From a phage, in the NCBI GenBank assembly GCA_028522875.1, contig GCA_028522875.1_3659.1: a stretch of 64,000 nt of DNA. One strand, 5' to 3'. Below the pieces are notes generated by a model. It saw only the letters and a program-made list of their open reading frames with translations. It ran no database searches and was not told the origin of the DNA. A program made the translations under genes and the position numbers. Position 1 is the stretch's first letter, and each line of letters begins with the position of its first letter. This document shows, piece after piece, positions 1-8,626 of this stretch.

Positions 1-108
1 CTTCTTTACAGCGTTTCGGAGGTTATTATACCAAGCTGTTTCTGGGATCAGTTGCACAATAAGCCTGCGTTCAGACTTCATTAAACGTCCGTCTTCCACG
101 TATTCTCC

Positions 109-315
109 TCATTCAAAGAAATGGGTGCGAGGACAAGATCCAGCCTCGCCTTGTTTCACAAGCTCGTAGAGCTCACCTTGACTTGTCTCATAAAGGCAAA
201 TACGTTTACCATTGTCCCGATATACATCGACAAGATACGCTGTTTCACCTGCAAACACAACACCACAGGCCAGACATGCTACCATGAACAAAATTGCCAA
301 CAGAAAATCTTTCAT
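109..315 (-). CDS. small membrane-anchored or lipoprotein-like protein (68 aa) immediately downstream of endolysin
   Basis: ORF with AGGAGGG RBS upstream of ATG; N-terminal hydrophobic stretch LLAILFMVACLACGVVFAG containing Cys, short Cys-containing C-terminal domain; role inferred only from position next to endolysin. Confidence 0.4.
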   Translation of the reverse strand: MKDFLLAILFMVACLACGVVFAGETAYLVDVYRDNGKRICLYETSQGELYELVKQGEAGSCPRTHFFE

Positions 316-378
316 GGTTAAGCCCTCCTAAACATTTTATGAGGTAACAATACCACGTCCGTGTGGTTATGTCAATGA

Positions 379-849
379 TCAATCAAGGACAACACCGCCT
401 GCCTTTTTAAACACCTCGATCAACTTCTCGATCTTCTGTTCATGCTGACCATATCCAGCACCAGGTAACGAAGCCCAGCGGGAACGGCATTTATGGATAG
501 CCTGGTGAATACGACCTTCATCAATATCATCGAGCGCCTTACACTCACGGATCAGTTGCAACGCAATCTTGTCCTGGCTGGCAGGTCCAAAATCTGGTAA
601 TCCTAGCTGTTTCATATAGTGTTTAGCAAACTTCTCCAAAATCTGGTAACGCCCAGCAGCAGAAGAGGTAAGTTTAGCATTTAGCTTAACGTAAACACCT
701 GGATGCTTGCTGTAATCGCTGAACAGATTGCCACCGACTATGACATCGTATCCACGATCCTTGGTAGGTTGTCTACCATTATCTGTGCCTTCTGAATATG
801 CGATCATATCCAAGAAAGCTTTTCGTTGAACATTTTTATCAAGTTTCAT
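379..849 (-). CDS. endolysin, phage lambda R-like lysozyme (lytic transglycosylase type)
   Basis: 156 aa; N-terminal RKAFLDMIAYSEGTD...GYDVIVGG...GRYQILEKF pattern matches lambda R-type lysozymes including the catalytic Glu in SEGTD; GGAGAG RBS. Confidence 0.85.
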   Translation of the reverse strand: MKLDKNVQRKAFLDMIAYSEGTDNGRQPTKDRGYDVIVGGNLFSDYSKHPGVYVKLNAKLTSSAAGRYQILEKFAKHYMKQLGLPDFGPASQDKIALQLIRECKALDDIDEGRIHQAIHKCRSRWASLPGAGYGQHEQKIEKLIEVFKKAGGVVLD

Positions 850-972
850 TTTTCATACTCTCCAGTTTACTCATAACTAACCCGATCAACAACACTACAC
901 AGTGTGGTTATGTAGGTGCCGATTGAAAACCATCATTCAATTGGCTACCGTTACCTACTGAACCTTCCTACA

Positions 973-2256
973 TCATTCAAGCACCTCCCAAGTATCTGGG
1001 TTAACATTTCGGACGCAGATACCGACAGGGAATTGGTAGTTGTTGTCTTCTGTCCTTGCTTGGTATTTGAAGGTGACAAACTTGCCGATCATTTCCTGCA
1101 TCCTGTCATAGCTACGCTCCTCGTGCGTGCCTTTCATCTTCATTTTAACAACAATACCTTCCTTGTCAACGCAGATAAGAACACCTTCATCATTCTTATC
1201 TTTCTCAACGTCAATAACTTTCACCTCTGCGTCGTTGAACTTTTTCCATTTCAATGCTTCAGATGTTCGCTGACCGTACTCGTATTTACCGCAGAAATTA
1301 CGCATGATAGTACCTTCATATCCTTCGGACATGAATATACCAACAGATTCTTCGCAATGATCAACTGTGTACGCAAGCTCTGCGTCAACAACCTTGATAT
1401 GGTCAAGCATCAGAGTGGTAACGGTATCCTCTGCATCCATAAGATCCTTGCAGCGTCCAGACTCTGTTTCTGGATCCCACCACACCTTGTCGCTAGGAAT
1501 ATCAAAAATGTGATACTCCAGATCGTAGCTACAGTACCCACCGTAACGCAAATCATCACGAACAGGCTCAACATCGACAGGAATATCTACCTTGTTGAAG
1601 TTTTTGTATGTTGATAAGCCTGCCTTAATTGCGGCATGACGGCGTTTTTTATCTGCCTCATAGTCTTTATCGATCTCGGCCTGAATCTCTTCCTGTGTGC
1701 GCCACCGTTTAGCAAGAGACACTATTTTCTGCAAAGGAAGACCATGAATGTATAGTTCCCCATCAAGTTGTTTAATCCCAGTGGTAGAATGGAAAGAACG
1801 AAGTTGCTCTAAAAGCTTTCCTTGAATAGGGTAGGACTTATTACCACGGGAAATAAATTTAGGCTCACCATTTTGGAAAACAACAAGCAGACGAAGGCCA
1901 TCTAACTTACGCAAGATCCAGCAGGGTAGTTTAAGTGCCTTGCCACGCTTCAGGTAGTCATGCACCAGCATGGGTAAAAGATCAACACCCTGCTCGCAAT
2001 CTTCCATGTTTTCAACATACCCCAGACGGACTTGTTTTTCCCACTTGCTGATAGCCTCAAGCTCGGCCTGTTGCTCAGCTGTAGTCTCGTTGGCACGACC
2101 TACGTTCTTAGGTGTGCATACCGTCTCTTTGTACTGCAATTTACCGTCAAGCTTGCCAAACTCTACGATAACCTTTTCGCCATCAGTGAATACTTTCCAC
2201 TGTTGGTAGCTGCCATCTTTGTTCAGTGCGTACAGTGTTGTTTTGATTTGATGCAT
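973..2256 (-). CDS. ATP-dependent DNA ligase (covalent nucleotidyltransferase superfamily)
   Basis: 427 aa; motif I KLDG (LRKLDGLRL), motif III LDGELY, motif IV EGTIMR, motif V LKWKK in canonical order. Confidence 0.7.
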   Translation of the reverse strand: MHQIKTTLYALNKDGSYQQWKVFTDGEKVIVEFGKLDGKLQYKETVCTPKNVGRANETTAEQQAELEAISKWEKQVRLGYVENMEDCEQGVDLLPMLVHDYLKRGKALKLPCWILRKLDGLRLLVVFQNGEPKFISRGNKSYPIQGKLLEQLRSFHSTTGIKQLDGELYIHGLPLQKIVSLAKRWRTQEEIQAEIDKDYEADKKRRHAAIKAGLSTYKNFNKVDIPVDVEPVRDDLRYGGYCSYDLEYHIFDIPSDKVWWDPETESGRCKDLMDAEDTVTTLMLDHIKVVDAELAYTVDHCEESVGIFMSEGYEGTIMRNFCGKYEYGQRTSEALKWKKFNDAEVKVIDVEKDKNDEGVLICVDKEGIVVKMKMKGTHEERSYDRMQEMIGKFVTFKYQARTEDNNYQFPVGICVRNVNPDTWEVLE

Positions 2257-2525
2257 TACTCGTCCTCTTCCTTAAAAATTTTAAACATCTCTTCTTTACT
2301 CATTACCAACCAGTCTCCCATAAAGTCAACTAGCCAATCTCCCTGGTACAAGACAAGATTACCAAACGGCTCGATAAGCTCACACATGCGACGAATATCT
2401 CTGGTCCGAACAGGCGACGATGTAAACACACCCGTATCAATCCACCGTTGCAGATCAGATACTGATGAAGAGCTTCCGTCAAACTGGTGTGCTTCTACAG
2501 GTTTAGCAAGATTAAATAACGGCAT
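2256..2525 (-). CDS. hypothetical protein (89 aa)
   Basis: ORF whose stop overlaps the ligase start (coupled arrangement); no recognisable motif. Confidence 0.3.
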   Translation of the reverse strand: MPLFNLAKPVEAHQFDGSSSSVSDLQRWIDTGVFTSSPVRTRDIRRMCELIEPFGNLVLYQGDWLVDFMGDWLVMSKEEMFKIFKEEDE

Positions 2526-2820
2526 TGCAGTCCTCCTTCTGTAGTAGGTCTTTTATAGGATAAACAAGTAAGTGTGGATCGGAATAACGTATAGTCCTAT
2601 TCTGCCACACTATGAACTTTATTACAACCAAATTTACAATATCTTTATCACCATGTAGCCCAACACACACATTTGTCCATATTTTGTGGTTGAAGATCTT
2701 GCTATCGATGTAGATTTTAGTGTCAAACTTATCTTCCATTCTACCTATAAGTTTGATCAGCTCCTTCATCTGGTCGCCAAACACAGCATCTTTTTCAAGA
2801 TCTCTGGAATGCTTGTACAT
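2512..2820 (-). CDS. hypothetical protein (102 aa)
   Basis: ORF in minus-strand gene train; no recognisable motif. Confidence 0.3.
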   Translation of the reverse strand: MYKHSRDLEKDAVFGDQMKELIKLIGRMEDKFDTKIYIDSKIFNHKIWTNVCVGLHGDKDIVNLVVIKFIVWQNRTIRYSDPHLLVYPIKDLLQKEDCNAVI

Positions 2821-2882
2821 AACTAACTACCTCACTGCATACTTTCCATAATAAGTAAAGCCGGGTAATCCCGGCTATGTTG

Positions 2883-3596
2883 TTAAATATACTCTGTTAC
2901 ATCCTTGAAGCTCGAAGGCTTCATGATCTTACCTTTGCTGTCAAGGAATATAATAACTTTATTGCCGTTGTAGAACTCCTCTTTAGCAACGAAACCTTCG
3001 TAGCGACCACCAAAACGACGCTCAAGATCTTTAATCTCCAACTCGATGAGTTGTTCAGCAGGCATATCTGCACTGGCACCGTGTGAATACCGTAGATGGT
3101 TGATCCGTGCAAACTTACTGTCATTAGATTTGAGAACCTTCCGCATCATCCCACACACATCGCCGCGAAGCTGGAACAGCAAAGCTGTTGACAACTCCGC
3201 TAAGCGGTAAGCTGACGCTCTTTGCTTGGATGTGTTTTTCGCAGCGATCAGTGTATCATAGAACTCACCGATCTTGAACTTAAGACCTCGTGGATTATCA
3301 AACAGGTTTGACCACTTTTCGTGATTGTCATTAACAAGATAAGCTGCATAACTTGTGACAACGTGAAGATCGCAGGCCTCTTTTAGCAGGTGATCTCCAC
3401 CATCACCTTTCTCCAGCTCTTCCAAAACCTCATTGAACTCTTCCTCAATGAAGCTAAGCTGTAATTCGAATGGTGTGTATGATTTTTTCACTTTAGCTGC
3501 CACACGGTTCCAGTTTTCCACCCAGTTGGCAGACCAAAGGTAGTTTTCAGGCTGAGACAGTTTTTCCAGGTTGTCGATCAGTTTAGTATTCAGCAT
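2883..3596 (-). CDS. putative MazG-like nucleotide pyrophosphohydrolase domain protein
   Basis: 237 aa; N-terminal acidic helix pattern EEEFNEVLEELEKGD...LLKEACDL resembles the EExxE...E...D metal-binding motif of all-alpha NTP pyrophosphatases; assignment tentative. Confidence 0.35.
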   Translation of the reverse strand: MLNTKLIDNLEKLSQPENYLWSANWVENWNRVAAKVKKSYTPFELQLSFIEEEFNEVLEELEKGDGGDHLLKEACDLHVVTSYAAYLVNDNHEKWSNLFDNPRGLKFKIGEFYDTLIAAKNTSKQRASAYRLAELSTALLFQLRGDVCGMMRKVLKSNDSKFARINHLRYSHGASADMPAEQLIELEIKDLERRFGGRYEGFVAKEEFYNGNKVIIFLDSKGKIMKPSSFKDVTEYI

Positions 3597-3609
3597 TAAA
3601 GGTCTCCTT

Positions 3610-4371
3610 TTAAAGTTCCATAAAGTTTTCTACAGTTTCAATAAATGCTTTATCAGAGAAAGCGTCAACAGCACCGTTAAACCATACAGGGATCCCGCGA
3701 TCCTCATATTGATAAAGGTCGCTACGTGAAATGCCACTTCCATCTGCACTCTGCGAGTCATACTTGTTTACAATCAGCAGTTTTGTGCCTTTACAAGTAG
3801 CAGGAAACAATTCCCAGTTAAAATTAATAACTGTGTTAGAACAACCTACCAGGATCACCATATCATTGCTTGTGAGAGATGTCAACAGTTCATACATGTC
3901 TGTATACTTAGGAGCAACCTCACCGAAGAACACCACATTGGGCTTAACCCAGGTATACTTGCCTGTATCTACCTCCGTGTATCCGATATTTTTAATTACA
4001 TCATTACCTTCAGCATCTTCGTAGGTGATTTCAGGCAAATACCCGTGGACATGTAAAATATCTTCATGTTTTACACCAGCACGCTCCAGCAAATCATCTA
4101 CATTGGTGGTAAGGTTGATCACACGACCAGACCAGCGGGAATACCACTCAGCGATCCGAAGATGTGCAAGGTTAGGATCAACACTGCCCAGAGCTACACG
4201 ACGTGCATTGTAAAAGTCATGCACCTTATAGTAGTTCTTGGCAAAGGTGTGGATGTTGCACACCTCATCGATGCTGAAATTCTCCCACATTGCAGTGCTA
4301 CCAGATCGGAAAGTGGGAATACCAGATTCAGCGCTCAAACCAGCACCGGAGATAATAATCAGTCGTCGCAT
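3610..4371 (-). CDS. Sir2-family (sirtuin-like) NAD-dependent deacylase / ADP-ribosyltransferase homolog
   Basis: 253 aa; GAGLSAESGIPTFRSG (Sir2 GAGISxxSGIPxFR NAD-binding motif), TTNVDDLLERAG, catalytic-His context LHVHG, FFGE, LVGCS; no Zn-ribbon CxxC pairs seen. Confidence 0.65.
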   Translation of the reverse strand: MRRLIIISGAGLSAESGIPTFRSGSTAMWENFSIDEVCNIHTFAKNYYKVHDFYNARRVALGSVDPNLAHLRIAEWYSRWSGRVINLTTNVDDLLERAGVKHEDILHVHGYLPEITYEDAEGNDVIKNIGYTEVDTGKYTWVKPNVVFFGEVAPKYTDMYELLTSLTSNDMVILVGCSNTVINFNWELFPATCKGTKLLIVNKYDSQSADGSGISRSDLYQYEDRGIPVWFNGAVDAFSDKAFIETVENFMEL

Positions 4372-4379
4372 AAGTGTCC

Positions 4380-4730
4380 TCAGTAGATGTTTTGTTTAAT
4401 CTCTATTCCAAACTTCTTGAATGAGTCAGCAGCAAGCATAAATTTACGAGCTGCCGATGGATTAGAAGTATGCACGAAAATAACCACGTTGTCAATAAGT
4501 GGTGGCTTTCCGAATACAAGTTTCTCCTCTAGCGCAGAGAAGCAGTCGTACCCTTCAAGCACTTCACCTAGATCATTGTCAAAATACCACTCAGATACGC
4601 GTCTGTAGAGCTTTCTCTTATCATTAAGAAAATCCATAAACTCAGAAGAATTCTTTAGCCACAGAGCGTCTGGGAGTCCATAATCTGACGGATCTCTAAA
4701 ATCATCAAGCCACACAATCCACTTCTTCAT
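4380..4730 (-). CDS. hypothetical protein (116 aa)
   Basis: ORF with 4-nt overlap with upstream RNA-ligase-like gene (translational coupling); N-terminus MKKWIVWLDDFRDP; no confident family. Confidence 0.3.
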   Translation of the reverse strand: MKKWIVWLDDFRDPSDYGLPDALWLKNSSEFMDFLNDKRKLYRRVSEWYFDNDLGEVLEGYDCFSALEEKLVFGKPPLIDNVVIFVHTSNPSAARKFMLAADSFKKFGIEIKQNIY

Positions 4731-5662
4731 TGCATATAGTCCTCGTTGTGGAAATAGTAGTCCAGTATCTCACGACGCTCCTGCTCTAATAAGCAATTCC
4801 ACACATCTTCTGTATAGTTGCTACGAATAAATTTTACCATACCGTAAAACTCTTCGTCAACACGTTTAAAGATATCATCATCCCAAATCTTCCAAGCTTT
4901 ACCCCTCATTACTGCCTTCCGTGCCAGATAGTATGGAGACTTGATCTTCAGCTGCAGATCATAAGGGTAGTAAGGCTTACGAATCATATACCCTTCACCT
5001 CTTGTTTCTGCAGCTAATTCTTTTGCATAGCTGAACGGAATTTCACGCACAGTGTGAGGACGTTTTGCACCAAGGTATTTGGCAATCCCATCTAAAGCTG
5101 CTTCTGGTAGCATTATTCCAGAATCATTATATCTGCAACCTATCAAATATGCGCCATGATCTTCCTGAACAATATGCGGATCTGAAGGGTGGCAAATTTC
5201 AAACATGAATGTCATGTTTTCATTGCCCATAACCTTCTTGATAAGATCTAAATTACCACATTGCTCCCTGATGGTTTCTTTTGCGAGGTTACAATATGGG
5301 GAATCAAGAGACCCGGTTGTTGAGAACAATAGTTCACCTTTATGAGATGATACCACACCGAGGAATCCGTTCTTTTTCTCTACCGCAGTAACAAGTTTAC
5401 TGTCCGGTAGGTTGGTGGAGTTTTCTCCTAAGTTGAATACTTTTGTGAAAGGCCATGCCACAACATTCCCCTCATTACCAACAACAATACCTCGGCACTC
5501 CAGTAAACGCGGAGACAAATGCCACAGATTGTTGTAGAATACTTTTCTGGCATATTTATAGATCTTTAATCCAAGATCTGGATAATACCGACTGGTTACA
5601 AGACCTTTGTCTACTAGGTCATCTGCATTAAAATACTTCATCATACGTTCCTCATTTGTCAT
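4727..5662 (-). CDS. RNA ligase-like nucleotidyltransferase (putative RNA sealing enzyme)
   Basis: 311 aa; KxNG motif I (EKKNGFLGVV), motif IV EGYMIRKP, motif V LKIKSP; size and context favour RNA ligase over DNA ligase but not proven. Confidence 0.5.
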   Translation of the reverse strand: MTNEERMMKYFNADDLVDKGLVTSRYYPDLGLKIYKYARKVFYNNLWHLSPRLLECRGIVVGNEGNVVAWPFTKVFNLGENSTNLPDSKLVTAVEKKNGFLGVVSSHKGELLFSTTGSLDSPYCNLAKETIREQCGNLDLIKKVMGNENMTFMFEICHPSDPHIVQEDHGAYLIGCRYNDSGIMLPEAALDGIAKYLGAKRPHTVREIPFSYAKELAAETRGEGYMIRKPYYPYDLQLKIKSPYYLARKAVMRGKAWKIWDDDIFKRVDEEFYGMVKFIRSNYTEDVWNCLLEQERREILDYYFHNEDYMQ

Positions 5663-5705
5663 TTTGTCAGTCTATCCTTCCACACAAATAACCTAGTGTC
5701 AACAC

Positions 5706-5734
5706 TTGAAATTAACAAAACAGTTAGGTATACT
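5706..5734 (+). promoter_or_regulatory. sigma70-like promoter (TTGAAA-N17-TATACT) for kinase/phosphoesterase operon
   Basis: -35 TTGAAA at 5706-5711, 17-nt spacer, -10 TATACT at 5729-5734; located in divergent intergenic region. Confidence 0.5.
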
Positions 5735-5762
5735 ATCATTAAAATTAAAACGGAGGATTGCT

Positions 5763-6173
5763 ATGTCTAAAATGCTATATATCGTGCGTGGTCTGCCAGG
5801 GTCTGGCAAATCAACACTGGCAAATGCGCTATCTTTAGAAGGTCTGTATCCACATTTTGAGAATGACATGTTTTGGTATGACGATGACGGCAATTACAAC
5901 TGGGATGCAAGTAAAGTAACACTCGCAGCAAAATGGTGCAAAGATAACGTAGAAGATATGATGCGTATGGGATACGACCGTATCGTGGTAAGTAATACGT
6001 TTACAAAAGAAAAACATGTGCAGGGATATGTTGACATGGCAATCAGTCATGGGTATAGTTATACCGTAATCGTGGTTGAAAACCGCCACGGTAATAAAAG
6101 CATTCATGATGTTCCAGACAAGGTTGTGGATCGTATGGAACGCCAGCTTAAAAACTGCATTAAACTTAAATGA
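5763..6173 (+). CDS. P-loop polynucleotide 5'-kinase-like protein
   Basis: Start chosen at ATG 5763 behind GGAGGA RBS (ORF-track start 5706 lacks RBS); Walker A IVRGLPGSGKSTLA resembles kinase domain of T4 Pnk-type enzymes. Confidence 0.6.
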   Translation: MSKMLYIVRGLPGSGKSTLANALSLEGLYPHFENDMFWYDDDGNYNWDASKVTLAAKWCKDNVEDMMRMGYDRIVVSNTFTKEKHVQGYVDMAISHGYSYTVIVVENRHGNKSIHDVPDKVVDRMERQLKNCIKLK

Positions 6174-6180
6174 GGAATGT

Positions 6181-6735
6181 ATGAAATACTTTGTAACAAG
6201 CGATACGCACTTTCTCCACCAGCGGGTCATGGAGTTTGATTCATGTCAAAAACACAGATCTCAATATGATCACAATCTTGACAGTATGAATGCGGGAATC
6301 ATCACCGAGTGGAACTCCGTTGTGTCACCTGCAGACACTGTGTTCCACCTGGGAGATATTGCGTGCACTAATGATAAGAATATCAACAACTTACTTCCAG
6401 ATATTCTAAATATGTTGAACGGACATATTATTCTTGTTCGTGGCAACCATGACACAAGGACGACTGTCAGAATTATGAAAGAGTTCGGTCATGAGGTTGT
6501 AGATTATTACGAGCTTCGCCACAACAAGAATTTGATCTGTATGAGCCATTACCAGTTTGCAAAGTGGAACAGAAAGCCTCACGGATCAGTCCAACTGTTC
6601 GGTCATGCTCACGGAACCACACAACAGTTGTTTGGCAGGCAGCTTGATGTCGGTTGGGATGTGTGGGGGAGACTCTTACCATTAGAAGAGGCATACCGTA
6701 TTGCAATGAGTTTTGATATTGACAGCAGGGAGTAA
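6181..6735 (+). CDS. calcineurin-like metallophosphoesterase
   Basis: Start at ATG 6181 behind GAGGAA RBS; motifs SDTHF (DxH), GDIA, VRGNHDT (GNHD), GHAHG in canonical order. Confidence 0.65.
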   Translation: MKYFVTSDTHFLHQRVMEFDSCQKHRSQYDHNLDSMNAGIITEWNSVVSPADTVFHLGDIACTNDKNINNLLPDILNMLNGHIILVRGNHDTRTTVRIMKEFGHEVVDYYELRHNKNLICMSHYQFAKWNRKPHGSVQLFGHAHGTTQQLFGRQLDVGWDVWGRLLPLEEAYRIAMSFDIDSRE

Positions 6736-6748
6736 TCCCTGCTATTTT
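6724..6748 (+). terminator. intrinsic terminator (8-bp stem, GTAA loop, T-run)
   Basis: AGCAGGGA-GTAA-TCCCTGCT followed by ATTTT; stop codon of phosphoesterase lies in the loop. Confidence 0.55.
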
Positions 6749-6782
6749 AAAGAAAATTGCCACACAAGGAGAATCAGGAGAT

Positions 6783-7133
6783 ATGAAAGATGGGGATAAG
6801 CTGCTATATCTTAAAGTCCCCCTTGAAATACTATCTATGTCAAAAGTTTTGAATGACACAACTGGGGAGGTTGTTGTTCTTGACTTGTATGACAAGATTG
6901 TATACTGCTACCTGCACAACTGGTATAAGCTTGGAGGAAATTCACGCTTCACACCAAGCACAAGGAAAATTGCAGCAGATGTTGGGATAAAGAAAACAAA
7001 AGCAGCAGCGTGCGTTAAAACTTTAGAATGTGCAGGAGTGGTTGAAACATCCACACAAGGGAGAGGTAAAAGATGCACATTTTCCAAAGTTTTGCCACCA
7101 GAAGAAGTTATTCGAATGTCAACAACTGGTTAG
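6783..7133 (+). CDS. putative helix-turn-helix DNA-binding protein
   Basis: 116 aa; AGGAG RBS; segment STRKIAADVGIKKTKAAACVKTLECAGVVE resembles HTH/winged-helix recognition region; lies directly upstream of palindrome array. Confidence 0.35.
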   Translation: MKDGDKLLYLKVPLEILSMSKVLNDTTGEVVVLDLYDKIVYCYLHNWYKLGGNSRFTPSTRKIAADVGIKKTKAAACVKTLECAGVVETSTQGRGKRCTFSKVLPPEEVIRMSTTG

Positions 7134-7207
7134 ACCAGTAAAAACTTAAATATCTGTACTATAAGGGTTTGTATGTTTTATGTTCACCATGGAACAGAAA
7201 CTATTAA

Positions 7208-7290
7208 CTGTCCGTGATACGGACACCACTGTCCGTCACGCGGACACATCTGCCCGTAATACGGACACTAACTGTCCGTGATACGGACAC
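7208..7290. promoter_or_regulatory. array of four tandem 19-bp palindromic sites (CTGTCCGT-nnn-ACGGACAC) at ~21-bp spacing
   Basis: Copies at 7208-7226, 7229-7247, 7250-7268, 7272-7290; copies 1 and 4 identical, 2 and 3 each with 1-2 substitutions; inverted-repeat arms TGTCCGT/ACGGACA. Confidence 0.6.
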
Positions 7291-7430
7291 ATAAAGAATA
7301 TAACTAAAATAACTAAATAATAAAAAATAAAAGATCTAGTACTTATGGTACTAAGTACATATACTTAACTTATGTAGAATATACTAGATCCTAAGTACCA
7401 TGTTTTAAATTTATTACTTTCTATAGGTAG
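7291..7430. repeat. AT-rich region with direct and inverted repeats (possible DNA unwinding / origin-like element)
   Basis: ATAACTAAA direct repeat, palindrome GTACTAAGTAC, inverted repeats AGATCTAGTAC ... GTACTAGATC; very low GC. Confidence 0.4.
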
Positions 7431-7700
7431 TGTCGGCCCTTCATTGGCACTCGCCTACGAGGGGCGAGATGCCGGGCCTCCATAGTGCACACATGCAGGT
7501 CTGTTAACATGTGTGGGAGCGAAGCGGCGCAGGCCAAAGGCCGAGCACTAATGTGGACCACCGACGAAAGCTTGCCAGCGCCGTAAGGAGTCGGTTGAGA
7601 GCCTCCCGCGCGAGTTTGGATAAAGTTTATGTGTGGAAACGGACAATGAGGCCCCTAAATCGCTCCACAGCCATATAAACTATACCAAGTAAGGCAATCG
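7431..7700. ncRNA. candidate structured non-coding RNA (GC-rich island A)
   Basis: No ORF of 60 aa or more on either strand; abrupt GC rise; nested helices e.g. CGGCCC/GGGCC, TGGCA/TGCC, CTCGCC/GGCGAG (7434-7479) and CACACATG/CATGTGTG (7488-7515); strand and ends unknown. Confidence 0.3.
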
Positions 7701-7772
7701 CACCAGTTTGATAGAAAAGCTCGTTACAAAGCGATACAGCGAGTTTTTCTATAACTTGAAGAGGAGGCAGCT

Positions 7773-8351
7773 ATGAGTCCACGCAAAGATGACCGTGAAA
7801 AGATTGCAAAACGTTATCAGAATGAAGAACAGATGGAGAAAACTTTCAAGTGGAAGCCAGGTTTCCAGCGTAATCATTCTAACGCTCGTGATCGTAAGCA
7901 TCCGGATAAGTGGTTAACACCGCCAAATGATGGCATGCAGGTTGGTGATGAGAAGGAGCTGTCACCTGGAAAAGATGGCAACTACATTCGCACTAAGGAA
8001 GCAGGTCCAAAGGATGACAGCTATCTTGTAGATAAGGTTCTTGATGGTATTGATGTGGATGTTGACACTGCACGAAACCTTTTTCTTGGTTGGTATCGTA
8101 CAGGGTTTTTCGACATCAAGGCTATTCGTCGTGTTTGCGATATTAAAAAGTCTGCCTATGATGATGACTCTCTACATCGCACTCTGAGACAATACTCAGA
8201 GAGATACGGTCATCCAGTCATCACTCTTGACGATATTAACGAAGTGATGTATCATGCAGAGGTTGTTGCAGGTAGATTCGGTGATGCATATCTCGGTATT
8301 CTTTCTGCAAAAGATGAGGTAATGTTAAATAAAATTTACTATGAACGCTGA
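7773..8351 (+). CDS. hypothetical protein (192 aa)
   Basis: ORF with strong GAGGAGG RBS; no recognisable motif. Confidence 0.45.
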   Translation: MSPRKDDREKIAKRYQNEEQMEKTFKWKPGFQRNHSNARDRKHPDKWLTPPNDGMQVGDEKELSPGKDGNYIRTKEAGPKDDSYLVDKVLDGIDVDVDTARNLFLGWYRTGFFDIKAIRRVCDIKKSAYDDDSLHRTLRQYSERYGHPVITLDDINEVMYHAEVVAGRFGDAYLGILSAKDEVMLNKIYYER

Positions 8352-8360
8352 GGAGCGCTT

Positions 8361-8550
8361 AATGAACAACCCGGTAGCAAAGAACTGTAATAAGTTCAAC
8401 AAGTCTGCAATTCACACTGACAGGAAAAAGAGCTGGTCTCCTGACATTGACGAGGAGCTTGAGAGTTACTTTGAAGACCTGGTCACTAATGCAGATGAGG
8501 TTGCGATTAAAGAATACGCAGACAGGAAGGATAAGGCCGGAATCTGTTGA
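8361..8550 (+). CDS. hypothetical protein (about 63 aa)
   Basis: ATG at 8361 preceded by GAGGAG RBS; ORF-track start 8341 overlaps upstream gene. Confidence 0.3.
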
Positions 8551-8626
8551 CAAAAATAGTGTTACCTGATAAGATCTGCAATATGATGTGATGCAATTTT
8601 AACTTACGAGGTCTACAGGTAATGCT

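Noticed and set aside
916-1614. Plus-strand 232-aa ORF in the ORF track
   Set aside because: Lies entirely antisense to the well-supported minus-strand DNA ligase gene; no RBS and no motifs; low-complexity Leu/Val/Phe-rich translation typical of antisense frames.
6076-6180. N-terminal extension of the metallophosphoesterase ORF from the track start
   Set aside because: Extension overlaps the 3' end of the kinase gene and lacks an RBS; ATG 6181 has a GAGGAA RBS and begins the conserved DxH motif region.
7208-7290. Palindromic sites as LexA SOS boxes
   Set aside because: The CTGT-N8-ACAG LexA consensus is not satisfied: arms are TGTCCGT/ACGGACA with a 3-bp spacer.
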